A stretch of 64,000 nt of DNA from Euprymna scolopes (taxonomy: Eukaryota). Below are positions 16,301 to 32,400 of this stretch, piece by piece; position 1 is the stretch's first letter; each line of letters opens with the position of its first letter. A program made the translations under genes and the position numbers. The stretch lies in NCBI GenBank assembly GCA_053919585.1, contig JBSSHM010000055.1; one strand, written 5' to 3'. The notes below the pieces were generated by a model. It searched no databases and was not told where the DNA came from. It saw nothing but the letters and a program-made list of their open reading frames with translations.

Positions 16301-19300
16301 AGTCAGATTATGTATTGATATCGTTTTTGTATTATTCTGTTGAAAAGTGAATAGTCAGATTATGTATTGATATCGTTTTTGTATTATTCTGTTGAATAGT
16401 GAATAGTCAGATTATGTATTGATATCCTTTTTGTATTATTCTGTTGAGTAGTGAATAGAAAGATTATGTATTCATATCGTGTGTGTATTATTCTGTTGAA
16501 TAGTGAATAGTCAGATTATGTATTGATATCGTTTTTGTATTATTCTGGTGAATAGTGAATAGTCAGATTATGTATTAATATCGTTTTTGTATTATTCTGT
16601 TGAATAGTGAATAGTCAGATTATGTATTGATATCGTTTTTGTATTATTCTGTTGAATAGTGAATAGTCAGATTATGTATTAATATCGTTTTTGTATTATT
16701 TCGTTGAATAGTGAATAGTCAAATTATGTATTGATATCGCTTTTGTATTTTTCTGTTGAATAGTGAATAGACAGATTATGTATTGATATCGTTTTTGTAT
16801 TATTCCTTTGAATAGTAGATAGTCAGATTATGTATTGATATCGTTTTTGTATTATTCCTTTGAATAGTGAATAGCAAAATTATTCATTGATATCGTATTT
16901 GTATTATTCTGTTGAATAGTGAATAGTCAGATTATGTATTGATATCGTTTTTGTATTTTTCTGTTGAATAGTGAATAGTAAGATTATGTATTGATATCGT
17001 TTTTTTATTATTCTGTTGAATAGTGAATAGTCAGATTATGTATTGATATCGTTTTTGTATTATTCTGTTTAATAGTGAATAGTCAGATTATGTATTGATA
17101 TCGTTTTTGCATTATTCCGTTGAATAGTGAATAGTCAGATTATGTATTGATATCGTTTTTGTATTATTCCGTTGAATAGTGAATAGTCAGATTATGTATT
17201 GATATCGTTTTTGTATTATTCTGTTGAATAGTGAATAGTCAGATTATGTATTAATATCGTTTTTGTATTATTCCGTTGAATAGTGAATAGTCAGATTATG
17301 TATTGATATCGTTTTTGTATTATTCCGTTGAATAGTGAATAGTCTGATTATGTATTGATATCATTGTTGTATTATTCTGTTGAATAGTGAATAGTCAGAT
17401 TATGTATTGATATCGTTTTTTTATTATTCTGTTGAATAGTGAATAGTCAGATTATGTATTGATATCATTGTTGTATTATTCTGTTGAATAGTGAATAGTC
17501 AGATTATGTATTGATATCGTTTTTGTATTATTCTGTTGAAAAGTGAATAGTCAGATTATGTATTGATATCGTTTTTGTATTATTCTGTTGAATAGTGAAT
17601 AGTCAGATTATGTATTGATATCGTTTTTGTATTATTCTGTTGACAAGTGAATAGTCAGATTATGTATTGATATCGTTTTTGTATTATTCTGTTGAATAGT
17701 GAATAGTCAGATTATGTATTGATATCCTTTTTGTATTATTCTGTTGAGTAGTGAATAGAAAGATTATGTATTCATATCGTGTGTGTATTATTCTGTTGAA
17801 TAGTGAATAGTCAGATTATGTATTGATATCGTTTTTGTATTATTCTGGTGAATAGTGAATAGTCAGATTATGTATTAATATCGTTTTTGTATTATTCTGT
17901 TGAATAGTGAATAGTCAGATTATGTATTGATATCGTTTTTGTATTATTCTGTTGAATAGTGAATAGTCAGATTATGTATTAATATCGTTTTTGTATTATT
18001 CCTTTGAATAGTGAATAGTCAGATTATGTATTGATATCGTTTTTGTATTATTCCTTTGAATAGGGAATAGTCAGATTATGTATTGATATCGTTTTTGTAT
18101 AATGCTGTTGAATTGTGAATAGTTAGATTATGTATTGATATCGTTTTTGTATTATTCTGTTGAATAGTGAATAGTTAGATTATGTATTGATATCGTTTTT
18201 GTATTATTCTGTTGAATAGTGAATAGTCAGATCATGTATTGATATCGTTTTTGTATTATTCCGTTGAATAGTGAATAGTCAGATTATGTATTGATATCGT
18301 TTTTGTATTATTCCGTTGAATAGTGAATAGTCAGATTATGTATTGATATCGTTTTTGTATTATTCTGTTGAATAGTGAATAGTCAGATCATGTATTAATA
18401 TCGTTTTTGTATTATTCGTTTGAATAGTGAATAGTCAGAATATGTATTGATATCGTTTTTGTATTATTCCGTTGAATAGTTAATAGTCAGATTATGTATT
18501 GATATCGCTTTTGTATTATTCGTTTGAATAGTGAATAGTCAGATTATGTATTGATATCGTTTTTGTATTATTCTGTTGAATAGTGAATAGTCAGATCATG
18601 TATTGATATCGTTTTTGTATTATTCTGTTGAATAGTGAATAGTCAGATCATGTATTAATATCGTTTTTGTATTATTCTGTTGAATAGTGAATAGTCAGAA
18701 TATGTATTGATATCGTTTTTGTATTATTCCGTTGAATAGTGAATAGTCAGATTATGTATTGATATCGCTTTTGTATTATTCGTTTGAATAGTGAATAGTC
18801 AGATTATGTATTGATATCGTTTTTTTATTATTCCTTTGAATAGTGAATAGTCAGATTATGTATTGATATCGTTTTTGTATTTTTCTATTAAATAGTGAAT
18901 AGTAAGATTATGTATTGATATCGTTTTTGTATTATTTCGTTGAATAGTGAATAGTCAAATTATGTATTGATATCGCGTTTTGTATTTTTCTGTTGAATAG
19001 TGAATAGACAGATTATGTATTGATATCGTTTTTGTATTATTCCTTTGAATAGTAGATAGTCAGATTATGTATTGATATCGTTTTTGTATTATTCCTTTGA
19101 ATAGTGAATAGCAAGATTATTCATTGATATCGTATTTGTATTATTCTGTTGAATAGTGAATAGTCAGATTATGTATTGATATCGTTTTTGTATTTTTCTG
19201 TTGAATAGTGAATAGTAAGATTATGTATTGATATCGTTTTTGTATTATTCTGTTGAATAGTGAATAGTCAGATTATGTATTGATATCGTTTTTGTATTAT

Positions 19301-20610
19301 TCTGTTTAATAGTGAATAGTCAGATTATGTATTAATATCGTTTTTGTATTATTCCGTTGAATAGTGAATAGTCAGATTATGTATTGATATCGTTTTTGTA
19401 TTATTCCGTTGAATAGTGAATAGTCTGATTATGTATTGATATCATTGTTGTATTATTCTGTTGAATAGTGAATAGTCAGATTATGTATTGATATCGTTTT
19501 TGTATTATTCTGTTGAAAAGTGAATAGTCAGATTATGTATTGATATCGTTTTTGTATTATTCTGTTGAATAGTGAATAGTCAGATTATGTATTGATATCG
19601 TTTTTGTATTATTCTGTTGAAAAGTGAATAGTCAGATTATGTATTGATATCGTTTTTGTATTATTCTGTTGAATAGTGAATAGTCAGATTATGTATTGAT
19701 ATCCTTTTTGTATTATTCTGTTGAGTAGTGAATAGAAAGATTATGTATTCATATCGTGTGTGTATTATTCTGTTGAATAGTGAATAGTCAGATTATGTAT
19801 TGATATCGATTTTGTATTATTCTGTTGAATAGTGAATAGTCAGATTATGTATTAATATCGTTTTTGTATTATTCCTTTGAATAGTGAATAGTAAGATTAT
19901 GTATTGATATCGTTTTTGTATTATTCCTTTGAATAGGGAATAGTCAGATTATGTATTGATATCGTTTTTGTATTATGCTGTTGAATTGTGAATAGTTAGA
20001 TTATGTATTGATATCATTGTTGTATTATGCTGTTGAATAGTGAAAAGTCAGATTATGTATTGATATCGTTTTTGTATTATTCCGTTGAATAGTGAATAGT
20101 CAGATCATGTATTAATATCGTTTTTGTATTATTCTGTTGAATAGTGAATAGTCAGAATATGTATTGATATCGTTTTTGTATTATTCCGTTGAATAGTGAA
20201 TAGTCAGATTATGTATTGATATCGCTTTTGTATTATTCTGTTTAATAGTGAAGAGTCAGATTATGTATTAATATTGTTTTTGTATTATTCCGTTGAATAG
20301 TGAATAGTCAGATTATGTATTGATATCGTTTTTGTATTATTCTGTTGAATAGTGAATAGTCAGATTATGTATTGATATCATTGTTGTATTAATCTGTTGA
20401 AGAGTGAATAGTCAGATTATGTATTGATATCGTTTTTGTATTTTTCTGTTGAATAGTGAATAGTCAGATTATGTATTGATATCATTGTTGTATTATTCTG
20501 TTGAATAGTGAATAGTCAAATTATGTATTGATATCGTTTTTGTATTTTTCTGTTGAATAGTGAATAGTCAGATTATGTATTGTTATCGTTTTTGTATTAT
20601 TCCGTTGAAT
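10394..20610 (+). repeat. Large intra-array duplication, copy 2 (pairs with 1-~9020)
   Basis: Same ordered rare variants as 1-9020. The offset steps 10393, 10081, 10133, 10185, 11485/11486, 11590, changing essentially by whole multiples of 52. Confidence 0.9.
15382..18000 (+). repeat. Tandem duplication of 25 monomers (1300 bp x2)
   Basis: tcgttg 15401/16701, tcgtttttgc 15801/17101 and ctgttgagta 16441/17741 all show an offset of 1300 = 25x52. Confidence 0.9.
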
Positions 20611-23600
20611 AGTGAATAGTCAAATTATGTATTGATATCGCTTTTGTATTTTTCTGTTGAATAGTGAATAGTCAGATTATGTATTGATATCGTTTTTGTA
20701 TTATTCCTTTGAATAGTAGATAGTCAGATTATGTATTGATATCGTTTTTGTATTATTCCTTTGAATAGTGAATAGTACGATTATGTATTGATATCATTGT
20801 TGTATTATTCTGTTGAATAGTGAATAGTCAGATTATGTATTGATATCGTTTTTGTATTATTCTGTTGAATAGTGAATAGTCAGATTATGTATTGATATCG
20901 TTTTTGTATTATTCTGTTGAATAGTGAATAGTAAGATTATGTATTGATATCATTGTTGTATTATTCCGTTGAATAGTGAATAGTAAGATTATGTATTGAT
21001 ATCGTTTTTGTATTATTCTGTTTAATAGTGAATAGTAAGATTATGTATTGATATCGTTTTTGTATTATTCCTTTGAATAGTGAATAGTAAGATTATGTAT
21101 TGATATCGTTTTTGTATTATTCTGTTTAAAAGTGAATAGTCAGATTATGTATTAATATCGTTTTTGTATTATTCTGTTGAATAGTGAATAGTCAGATTAT
21201 GTATTGATATCGTTTTTGTATTATTCTGTTGAATAGTGAATAGTCAGATTATGTATTGATATCGTTTTTGTATTATTCCGTTGAATAGTGAATAGTCAGA
21301 TCATGTATTGATATCGTTTTTGTATTATTCCGTTGAATAGTGAATAGTAAGATTATGTATTGATATCGTTTTTGTAATATTCCTTTGAATAGTGAATAGT
21401 CAGATTATGTATTGATATAGTTTTTGTATTATTCCGTCGAATAGTGAATAGTAAGATTATGTATTGATATCGTTTTTGTATTATTCTGTTGAATAGTGAA
21501 TAGTCAGATTATGTATTAATATCGTTTTTGTATTATTCTGTTGAATAGTGAATAGTAAGATTATGTATTGATATCGTTTGTGTATTATTCCGTTGAATAG
21601 TTAATAGTCAGATTATATATTGATATCGTTTTTGTATTATTCCGTTGAATAGTGAATAATCAGATTATGTATTAATATCGTTTTTGTATTATTCCGTTGA
21701 ATAGTGAATAGTAAGATTATGTATTGATATCGTTTTTGTATTATTCCGTTGAATAGTGAATAGTCAAATTATGTATTGATATCGCTTTTGTATTTTTCTG
21801 TTGAATAGTGAATAGTCAGATTATGTATTGATATCGTTTTTGTATTATTCCGTTGAATAGTGAGTAGTAAGATTATGTATTGATATCGTTTTTGTATTAT
21901 TCTGTTGAATAGTGAATAGTCAGATTATGTATTAATATGGTTTTTGTATTATTATTCTGTGTAATAGTAAATTGTAAGATTATGTATTGATATCGTTTTT
22001 GTATTATTCCGTTGAATAGTGAATAGTCAGATTATGTATTGATATCGTTTTTGTATGTTTCTGTTGAATAGTTAATAGTAAGATTATGTATAGATATCGT
22101 TTTTGTATTATTCCGTTGAATAGTGAATAGTCAGATTATGTATTAATATTGTTTTTGTATTATTCTGTTGAATAGTGAATAGTCAGATTATGTATTGATA
22201 TCGTTTTTGTATTTTTCTGTTGAATAGTGAATAGTAAGATTATGTATTGATATCGTTTTTGTATTATTCTGTTGAATAGTTAATAGTCAAGTTATGTATT
22301 GATATCGTTTTTGTATTATTCTGTTTAATAGTGAATAGTAAGATTATGTATTGATATCGTTTTTGTATTATTCTGTTGAATAGTGAATAGTCAGATTATG
22401 TATTGATATCGTTGTTGTATTATTCTGTTGAATAGTGAATAGTCAGATTATGTATTGATATCGTTTTTGTATTATTCTGTTGAAAAGTGAATAGTCAGAT
22501 TATGTATTGATATCGTTTTTGTATTATTCTGTTGAATAGTGAATAGTCAGATTATGTATTGATATCGTTTTTGTATTATTCTGTTGAAAAGTGAATAGTC
22601 AGATTATGTATTGATATCGTTTAAGTATTATTCTGTTGAATAGTGAATAGTCAGATTATGTATTGATATCGTTTTTGTATTATTCTGTTGAATAGTGAAT
22701 AGAAAGATTATGTATTGATATCATTGTTGTATTATTCTGTTGAATAGTGAATAGTCAGATTATGTATTGATATCGTTTTTGTATTATTCTGTTGAAAAGT
22801 GAATAGTCAGATTATGTATTGATATCGTTTTTGTATTATTCTGTTGAATAGTGAATAGTCAGATTATGTATTGATATCGTTTTTTTATTATTCTGTTGAA
22901 AAGTGAATAGTCAGATTATGTATTGATATCGTTTTAGTATTATTCTGTTGAATAGTGAATAGTCAGATTATGTATTGATATCGTTTTTGTATTATTCTGT
23001 TGAATAGTGAATAGAAAGATTATGTATTCATATCGTTTGTGTATTATTCTGTTGAATAGTGAATAGTAAGATTATGTATTGATATCGTTTTTCTATTATT
23101 CAGTTGAAGAGTGAATAGTCAGATTATGTATTGATATCGTTTTTGTATTATTCTGTTGAATAGTGAATAGTCAGATTATGTATTGATATCGTTTTTGTAT
23201 TATTCTGTTGAATAGTGAATAGAAAGATTATGTATTCATATCGTTTGTGTATTATTCTGTTGAATAGTGAATAGTAAGATTATGTATTGATATCGTTGTT
23301 GTATTATTCCTTTGAATAGGGAATAGTCAGATTATGTATTGATATCGTTTTTGTATTATGCTGTTGAATTGTGAATAGTTAGATTATGTATTGATATCAT
23401 TGTTGTATTATTCAGTTGAATAGTGAATAGGCAGGTTATGTATTGATATAGTTTTTGTATTATTCCGTTGAATAGTGAATAGTAAGATTATGTATTGATA
23501 TCGTTTTTCTATTATACAGTTGAAGAGTGAATAGTCAGATTATGTATTGATATCGTTTTTGTATTATTCTGTTGAATAGTGAATAGTCAGATTATGTATT

Positions 23601-26099
23601 GATATCGTTTTTGTATTATTCCGTTGAATAGTGAATAGTCAGATTATGTATTGATATCGTTTTTGTATTATTTCGTTGAATAGTGAATAGTACGATTATG
23701 TATTGATATCGTTTTTGTATTATTCTGTTGAACAGTGAATAGTCAGATTATGTATTGATATCGTTTTTGTATTATTCCGTTGAATAGTGAATAGTCAGAT
23801 TATGTATTGATATCGTTTTTGTATTATTCCGTTGAATAGTGAATAGTAAGATTATGTATTGATATCATTGTTGTATTATGCTGTTGAATAGTTAATAGTA
23901 AGATTATGTATTGATATCGTTTTTGTATTATTCCGTTGAATAGTGAATAGTAAGATTATGTATTGATATCGTTTTTGTATTTTTCTGTTGAATAGTGAAT
24001 AGTCAGATTATGTATTAATATCGTTTTTGTATTATTCCTTTGAATAGTAGATAGTCAGATTATTTATTGATATCGTTTTTGTATTATTCTGCCGAACAGT
24101 GAATAGTAAGATTATGTATTGATATCGTTTGTGTATTATTCCGTTGAATAGTTAATAGTCAGATTATTTATTGATATCGTTTTTGTATTATTCCGTTGAA
24201 TAGTGAATAATCAGATTATGTATTGATATCGTTTTTGTATTATTCTGTTAAATAGTGAATAATCAGATTATGTATTAATATCGTTTTTGTATTATTCCGT
24301 TGAATAGTTAATAGTAAGATTATGTATTGATATCGTTTTTGTATTATTCCGTTGAATAGTGAATAATCAGATTATGTATTGATATCGTTTTTGTATTATT
24401 CCGTTTAATAGTGAATAGTCAGATTATGTATTGATATCGTTTTTGTATTATTCCGTTGAAAAGTGAATAGTCAGATTATGTATTAATATCGTTTTTGTAT
24501 TATTCCGTTGAAAAGTGATTAGTCAGATTATGTATTAATATCGTTTTTGTATTATTCTGTTGAATAGTGAATAGTCAGATTATGTATTGATATCCTTTTT
24601 GTATTATTCTGTTGAATAGTGAATAGTCAGATTATGTATTGATATCGTTTTTTTCTTATTCCTTTGAATAGTTTATAGTCCGATTATGTATTGATATTAT
24701 TGTTGTATTATTCTGTTGAATAGTGAATAGTCAGATTATGTATTGATATCGTTTTTGTATTATTCTGTTGAATAGTGAATAGTCAGATTATGTATTAATA
24801 TCGTTTTTGTATTATTCCGTTGAATAGTGAATAGTCAGATTATGTATTGATATCGTTTTTGTATTATTCCGTCGAATAGTGAATAGTCAGATTATGTATT
24901 AATATCGTTTTTGTATTATTCCTTTGAATAGTGAATAGTCAGATTATGTATTGATATCGTTTTTGTATTATTCCGTTGAATAGTGAATAGTAAGATTATG
25001 TATTGATATCATTGTTGTATTATGCTGTTGAATAGTTAATAGTAAGATTATGTATTGATATCGTTTTTGTATTATTCCGTTGAATAGTGAATAGTAAGAT
25101 TATGTATTGATATCGCTTTTGTATTTTTCTGTTGAATAGTGAATAGTAAGATTATGTATAGATATCGTTTTTGTATTATTCTGTTTAATAGTGAATAGTC
25201 AGATTATGTATTGATATCGTTTTTGTATTATTCTGTTTAATAGTGAATAGTCAGATTATGTATTGATATCGTTTTTGTATTATTCCTTTGAATAGTGAAT
25301 AGTCAGATTATGTATTGATATCGTTTTTGTATTATTCTGTTGAATAATGAATAGTCAGATTATGTATTGATATCGCTTTTGTATTTTTCTGTTGAATAGT
25401 GAATAGTCAGATAATGTATTGATATCGTTTTTGTATTTTTCTGTTGAATAGTGAATAGTCAGATTATGTATTGATATCGTTTTTTTATTATTCCTTTGAA
25501 TAGTGAATAGTCAGATTATGTATTGATATCGTTTTTGTATTATTCTGTTTAATAGTGAATAGTCAGATTATGTATTGATATCGTTTTTGTATTTTTCTGT
25601 TGAATAGTGAATAGTAAGATTATGTATTGATATCGTTTTTGTATTTTTCTGTTGAATAGTGAATAGTTAGATTATGTATTGATATCGTTTTTGTATTATT
25701 CCGTTGAATAGTGAATAGTCAGATTATGTATTGATATCGTTTTTGTATTATTCTGTTGAATAATGAATAGTCAGATTATGTATTGATATCGCTTTTGTAT
25801 TTTTCTGTTGAATAGTGAATAGTCAGATAATGTATTGATATCGTTTTTGTATTTTTCTGTTGAATAGTGAATAGTCAGATTATGTATTGATATCGTTTTT
25901 TTTATTATTCCTTTGAATAGTGAATAGTCAGATTATGTATTGATATCGTTTTTGTATTTTTCTGTTGAATAGTGAATAGTTAGATTATGTATTGATATCG
26001 TTTTTGTATTATTCCGTTGAATAGTGAATAGTCAAATTATGTATTGATATCGCTTTTGTATTTTTCTGTTGAATAGTTAATAGTCAGATTATGTATTGA

Positions 26100-29000
26100 T
26101 ATCGTTTTTGTATTATTCCTTTGAATAGTGAATAGTCCGATTATGTATTGATATCATTGTTGTATTATTCTGTTGAATAGTGAATAGTCAGATTATGTAT
26201 TGATATCGTTTTTGTATTATTCTGTTGAATAGTGAATAGTCAGATTATGTATTGATATCGTTTTTGTATTATTCTGTTGAATAGTGAATAGTCAGATTAT
26301 GTATTGATATCGTTTTTGTATTATTCCGTTGAATAGTGAATAGTCAGATTATGTATTAATATCGTTTTTGTATTATTCCGTTGAATAGTGAATAGTCAGA
26401 TTATGTATTGATATCGCTTTTGTATTTTTCTGTTGAATAGTGAATAGTAAGATTATGTATAGATATCGTTTTTGTATTATTCTGTTTAATAGTGAATAGT
26501 CAGATTATGTATTAATATTGTTTTTTTATTATTCCGTTGAATAGTGAATAGTCAGATTATGTATTGATATCGTTTTTGTATTATTCTGTCGAATAGTGAA
26601 TAGTCAGATTATGTATTGATATCATTGTTGTAATATTCTGTTGAATAGTGAATAGTCATATTATGTATTGATATCGTTTTTGTAATATTCTGTTGAATAG
26701 TGAATAGTCAGATTATGTATTGATATCATTGTTGTATTATTCTGTTGAATAGTGAATAGTCAGATTATGTATTGATATCGTTTTTGTATTATTCCGTTGA
26801 ATAGTGAATAGTCAGATTATGTATTGATATCGTTTTTGTATTATTCCTTTGAATAGTGAATAGTCAGATTATGTATTGATATCGTTTTTGTATTATTCCT
26901 TTGAATAGTGAATAGTCCGATTATGTATTGATATCATTGTTGTATTATTCTGTTGAATAGTAAATAGTCAGATTATGTATTGATATCGTTTTTGTATTAT
27001 TCCGTTGAATAGTGAATAGTCAAATTATGTATTGATATCGCTTTTGTATTTTTCTGTTGAATGGTGAATAGTCAGATTATGTATTGATATCGTTTTTGTA
27101 TTATTCTGTTGAATAGTGAATAGTCAGATTATGTATTGATATCGTTTTTGTATTATTCTGTTGAATAGTGAATAGTCAGATTATGTATTGATATCGTTTT
27201 TGTATTATTCCTTTGAATAGTGAATAGTCCGATTATGTATTGATATCATTGTGGTATTATTCTGTTGAATAGTGAATAGTCAGATTATGTATTGATATCG
27301 TTTTTGTATTATTCTGTTGAATAGTGAATAGTCAGATTATGTATTGATATCGTTTTTGTATTATTCCGTTGAATAGTGAATAGTCAGATTATGTATTGAT
27401 ATCGTTTTTGTATTTTTCTGTTGAATAGTTTATAGTCAGATTATGTATTGATATCGTTTTTTTATTATTCGTTTGAATAGTGAATAGTCAGATTATGTAT
27501 TGATATCGTTTTTTTATTATTCCTTTGAATAGTGAATAGTCAGATTATGTATTGATATCGTTTTTGTATTTTTCTGTTGAATAGTGAATAGTCAGATTAT
27601 GTATTGATATCGTTTTTGTATTATTCCGTTGAATAGTGAATAGTCAAATTATGTATTGATATCGCTTTTGTATTTTTCTGTTGAATAGTGAATAGTCAGA
27701 TTATGTATTGATATCGTTTTAGTATTATTCCTTTAAATAGTAGATAGTCAGATTATGTATTGATATCGTTTTTGTATTATTCCTTTGAATAGTGAATAGT
27801 CCGATTATGTATTGATATCATTGTTGTATTATTCTGTTGAATAGTGAATAGTCAGATTATGTATTGATATCGTTTTTGTATTATTCTGTTGAATAGTGAA
27901 TAGTCAGATTATGTATTGATATCGTTTTTGTATTATTCCGTTGAATAGTGAATAGTCAGATTATGTATTAATATCGTTTTTGTATTATTCCGTTGAATAG
28001 TGAATAGTCAGATTATGTATTGATATCGCTTTTGTATTTTTCTGTTGAATAGTGAATAGTAAGATTATGTATAGATATCGTTTTTGTATTATTCTGTTTA
28101 ATAGTGAATAGTCAGATTATGTATTAATATTGTTTTTTTATTATTCCGTTGAATAGTGAATAGTCAGATTATGTATTGATATCGTTTTTGTATTATTCTG
28201 TCGAATAGTGAATAGTCAGATTATGTATTGATATCATTGTTGTAATATTCTGTTGAATAGTGAATAGTCATATTATGTATTGATATCGTTTTTGTATTAT
28301 TCTGTTGAATAGTGAATAGTCAGATTATGTATTGATATCATTGTTGTATTATTCTGTTGAATAGTGAATAGTCAGATTATGTATTGATATCGTTTTTGTA
28401 TTATTCCGTTGAATAGTGAATAGTCAGATTATGTATTGATATCGTTTTTTTATTATTCCTTTGAATAGTGAATAGTCAGATTATGTATTGATATCGTTTT
28501 TGTATTATTCCTTTGAATAGTGAATAGTCCGATTATGTATTGATATCATTGTTGTATTATTCTGTTGAATAGTGAATAGTCAGATTATGTATTGATATCG
28601 TTTTTGTATTATTCCGTTGAATAGTGAATAGTCAAATTATGTATTGATATCGCTTTTGTATTTTTCTGTTGAATGGTGAATAGTCAGATTATGTATTGAT
28701 ATCGTTTTTGTATTATTCTGTTGAATAGTGAATAGTCAGATTATGTATTGATATCGTTTTTGTATTATTCTGTTGAATAGTGAATAGTCAGATTATGTAT
28801 TGATATCGTTTTTGTATTATTCCTTTGAATAGTAGATAGTCAGATTATGTATTGATATCGTTTTTGTATTATTCCGTTGAATAGTGAATAGTCAGATTAT
28901 GTATTGATATCGTTTTTGTATTATTCCTTTGAATAGTGAATAGTCCGATTATGTATTGATATCATTGTGGTATTATTCTGTTGAATAGTGAATAGTCAGA

Positions 29001-29420
29001 TTATGTATTGATATCGTTTTTGTATTATTCTGTTGAATAGTGAATAGTCAGATTATGTATTGATATCGTTTTTGTATTATTCCGTTGAATAGTGAATAGT
29101 CAGATTATGTATTGATATCGTTTTTGTATTTTTCTGTTGAATAGTTTATAGTCAGATTATGTATTGATATCGTTTTTTTATTATTCGTTTGAATAGTGAA
29201 TAGTCAGATTATGTATTGATATCGTTTTTTTATTATTCCTTTGAATAGTGAATAGTCAGATTATGTATTGATATCGTTTTTGTATTTTTCTGTTGAATAG
29301 TGAATAGTCAGATTATGTATTGATATCGTTTTTGTATTATTCCGTTGAATAGTGAATAGTCAAATTATGTATTTATATCGCTTTTGTATTTTTCTGTTGA
29401 ATAGTGAATAGTCAGATTAT
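26100..29420 (+). repeat. Tandem duplication of about 31-33 monomers (boundaries approximate)
   Basis: ttattctgtc 26581/28193 and atggtgaata 27061/28673 have an offset of 1612 = 31x52. gtggtatt 27251/28967 and ttgaatagtttatag 27421/29137 have an offset of 1716 = 33x52. Confidence 0.85.
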
Positions 29421-32400
29421 GTATTGATATCGTTTTTTTATTATTCGTTTGAATAGTGAATAGTCAGATTATGTATTGATATCGTTTTTTTATTATTCCT
29501 TTGAATAGTGAATAGTCAGATTATGTATTGATATCGTTTTTGTATTTTTCTGTTGAATAGTGAATAGTAAGATTATGTATTGATATCGTTTTTGTATTAT
29601 TCCGTTGAATAGTGAATATTAAGATTATGTATTGATATCGTTTTTGTATTTTTCTGTTGAATAGTGAATAGTCAGATTATGTATTAATATCGTTTTTGTA
29701 TTATTCCTTTGAATAGTAGATAGTCAGATTATGTATTGATATCGTTTTTGTATTATTCCGTTGAATAGTGAATAGTCAAATTATGTATTGATATCGCTTT
29801 TGTATTTTTCTGTTGAATAGTGAATAGTCAGATTATGTATTGATATCGTTTTTTTATTATTCGTTTGAATAGTGAATAGTCAGATTATGTATTGATATCG
29901 TTTTTTTATTATTCCTTTGAATAGTGAATAGTCAGATTATGTATTGATATCGTTTTTGTTTTTTTCTGTTGAATAGTGAATAGTAAGATTATGTATTGAT
30001 ATCGTTTTTGTATTATTCCGTTGAATAGTGAATATTAAGATTATGTATTGATATCGTTTTTGTATTTTTCTGTTGAATAGTGAATAGTCAGATTATGTAT
30101 TGATATCGTTTTTTTATTATTCCTTTGAATAGTAGATAGTCAGATTATGTATTGATATCGTTTTTTTATTATTCCGTTGAATAATGAATAGTCAGATTAT
30201 GTATTGATATCGTTTTTGTATTATGCCTTTGAATAGTGAATTGTACGATTATGTATTGATATCATTGTTGTATTATTCTGTTGAATAGTGAATAGTCAGA
30301 TTATGTATTGATATTGTTTTTGTATTATTCTGTTTAAAAGTGAATAGTCAGATTATGTATTAATATCGTTTGTGTATTATTCCGTTGAATAGTGAATTGT
30401 CAGATTATGTATTGATATCGTTTTTGTATTATTCTGTTGAATAGTGAATAGTCAGATTATGTATTAATATCGTTTTTGTATTATTCCGTTGAATAGTGAA
30501 TAGTCAGATTATGTATTGATATCGTTTTTGTATTATTCTGTTGAATAGTGAATAGTCAGATTATGTATTGATATCGTTTTTGTATTATTCTGTTGAATAG
30601 TGAATAGTAAGATTATGTATTGATATCGTTTTTGTATTATTCTGTTGAATAGTGAATAGTAAGATTATGTATTGATATCGTTTTTGTAATATTCCTTTGA
30701 ATAGTGAATAGTAAGATTATGTATTGATATCGTTTTTGTATTATTCCGTCGAATAATGAATAGTCAGATTATGTATTGATATCGTTTTTGTATTATTCCG
30801 TTGAATAGTGAATAGTAAGATTATGTATTGATATCGTTTTTGTATTATTCTGTTGAATAGTGAATAGTCAGATTATGTATTGATATCGTTTGTGTATTAT
30901 TCCGTTGAATAGTTAATAGTCAGATTATTTATTGATATCGTTTTTGTATTATTCCGTTGAATAGTGAATAGTCAGATTATGTATTTCATATCGTTTTTGT
31001 ATTATTCTGTTGAATAGTGAATAGTCAGATTATGTATTGATATCCTTTTTGTATTATTCTGTTGAATAGTGAATAGTCAGATTATGTATTGATATCGTTT
31101 TTGTATTATTCCGTTGAATAGTGAATAGTCAGATTATGTATTGATATCGTTTTTGTATTATTCCGTTTAATAGTGAATAGTCAGATTATGTATTGATATC
31201 GTTTTTGTATTATTCCGTTGAAAAGTGAATAGTCAGATTATGTATTAATATCGTTTTTGTATTATTCTGTTGAATAGTGAATAGTCAGATTATGTATTGA
31301 TATCCTTTTTGTATTATTCTGTTGAATAGTGAATAGTCAGATTATGCATTGATATAGTTTTTGTATTATTCCTTTGAATAGTGAATAGTCAGATTATGTA
31401 TTGATATCGTTTTTGTATTATTCCGTCGAATAGTGAATAGTCAGATTATGTATTAATATCGTTTTTGTATTATTCCTTTGAATAGTGAATAGTCAGATTA
31501 TGTATTGATAACGTTTTTGTATTATTCCGTTGAATAGTGAATAGTAAGATTATGTATTGATATCATTGTTGTATTATGCTGTTGAATAGTTAATAGTAAG
31601 ATTATGTATTGATATCGTTTTTGTATTATTCCGTTGAATAGTGAATAGTAAGATTATGTATTGATATCGCTTTTGTATTTTTCTGTTGAATAGTGAATAG
31701 TAAGATTATGTATAGATATCGTTTTTGTATTATTCTGTTTAATAGTGAATAGTCAGATTATGTATTGATATCGTTTTTGTATTATTCTGTTTAATAGTGA
31801 ATAGTCAGATTATGTATTAATATTGTTTTTGTATTATTCCGTTGAATAGTGAATAGTCAGATTATGTATTGATATCGTTTTTGTATTATTCTGTTGAATA
31901 ATGAATAGTCAGATTATGTATTGATATCGCTTTTGTATTTTTCTGTTGAATAGTGAATAGTCAGATAATGTATTGATATCGTTTTTGTATTTTTCTGTTG
32001 AATAGTGAATAGTCAGATTATGTATTGATATCGTTTTTTTTATTATTCCTTTGAATAGTGAATAGTCAGATTATGTATTGATATCGTTTTTGTATTTTTC
32101 TGTTGAATAGTGAATAGTTAGATTATGTATTGATATCGTTTTTGTATTATTCCGTTGAATAGTGAATAGTCAAATTATGTATTGATATCGCTTTTGTATT
32201 TTTCTGTTGAATAGTGAATAGTCAGATTATGTATTGATATCGTTTTTGTATGATTCCTTTGAATAGTAGATATTCAGATTATGTATTGATATCGTTTTTG
32301 TATTATTCCTTTGAATAGTGAATAGTCCGATTATGTATTGATATCATTGTTGTATTATTCTGTTGAATAGTGAATAGTCAGATTATGTATTGATATCGTT

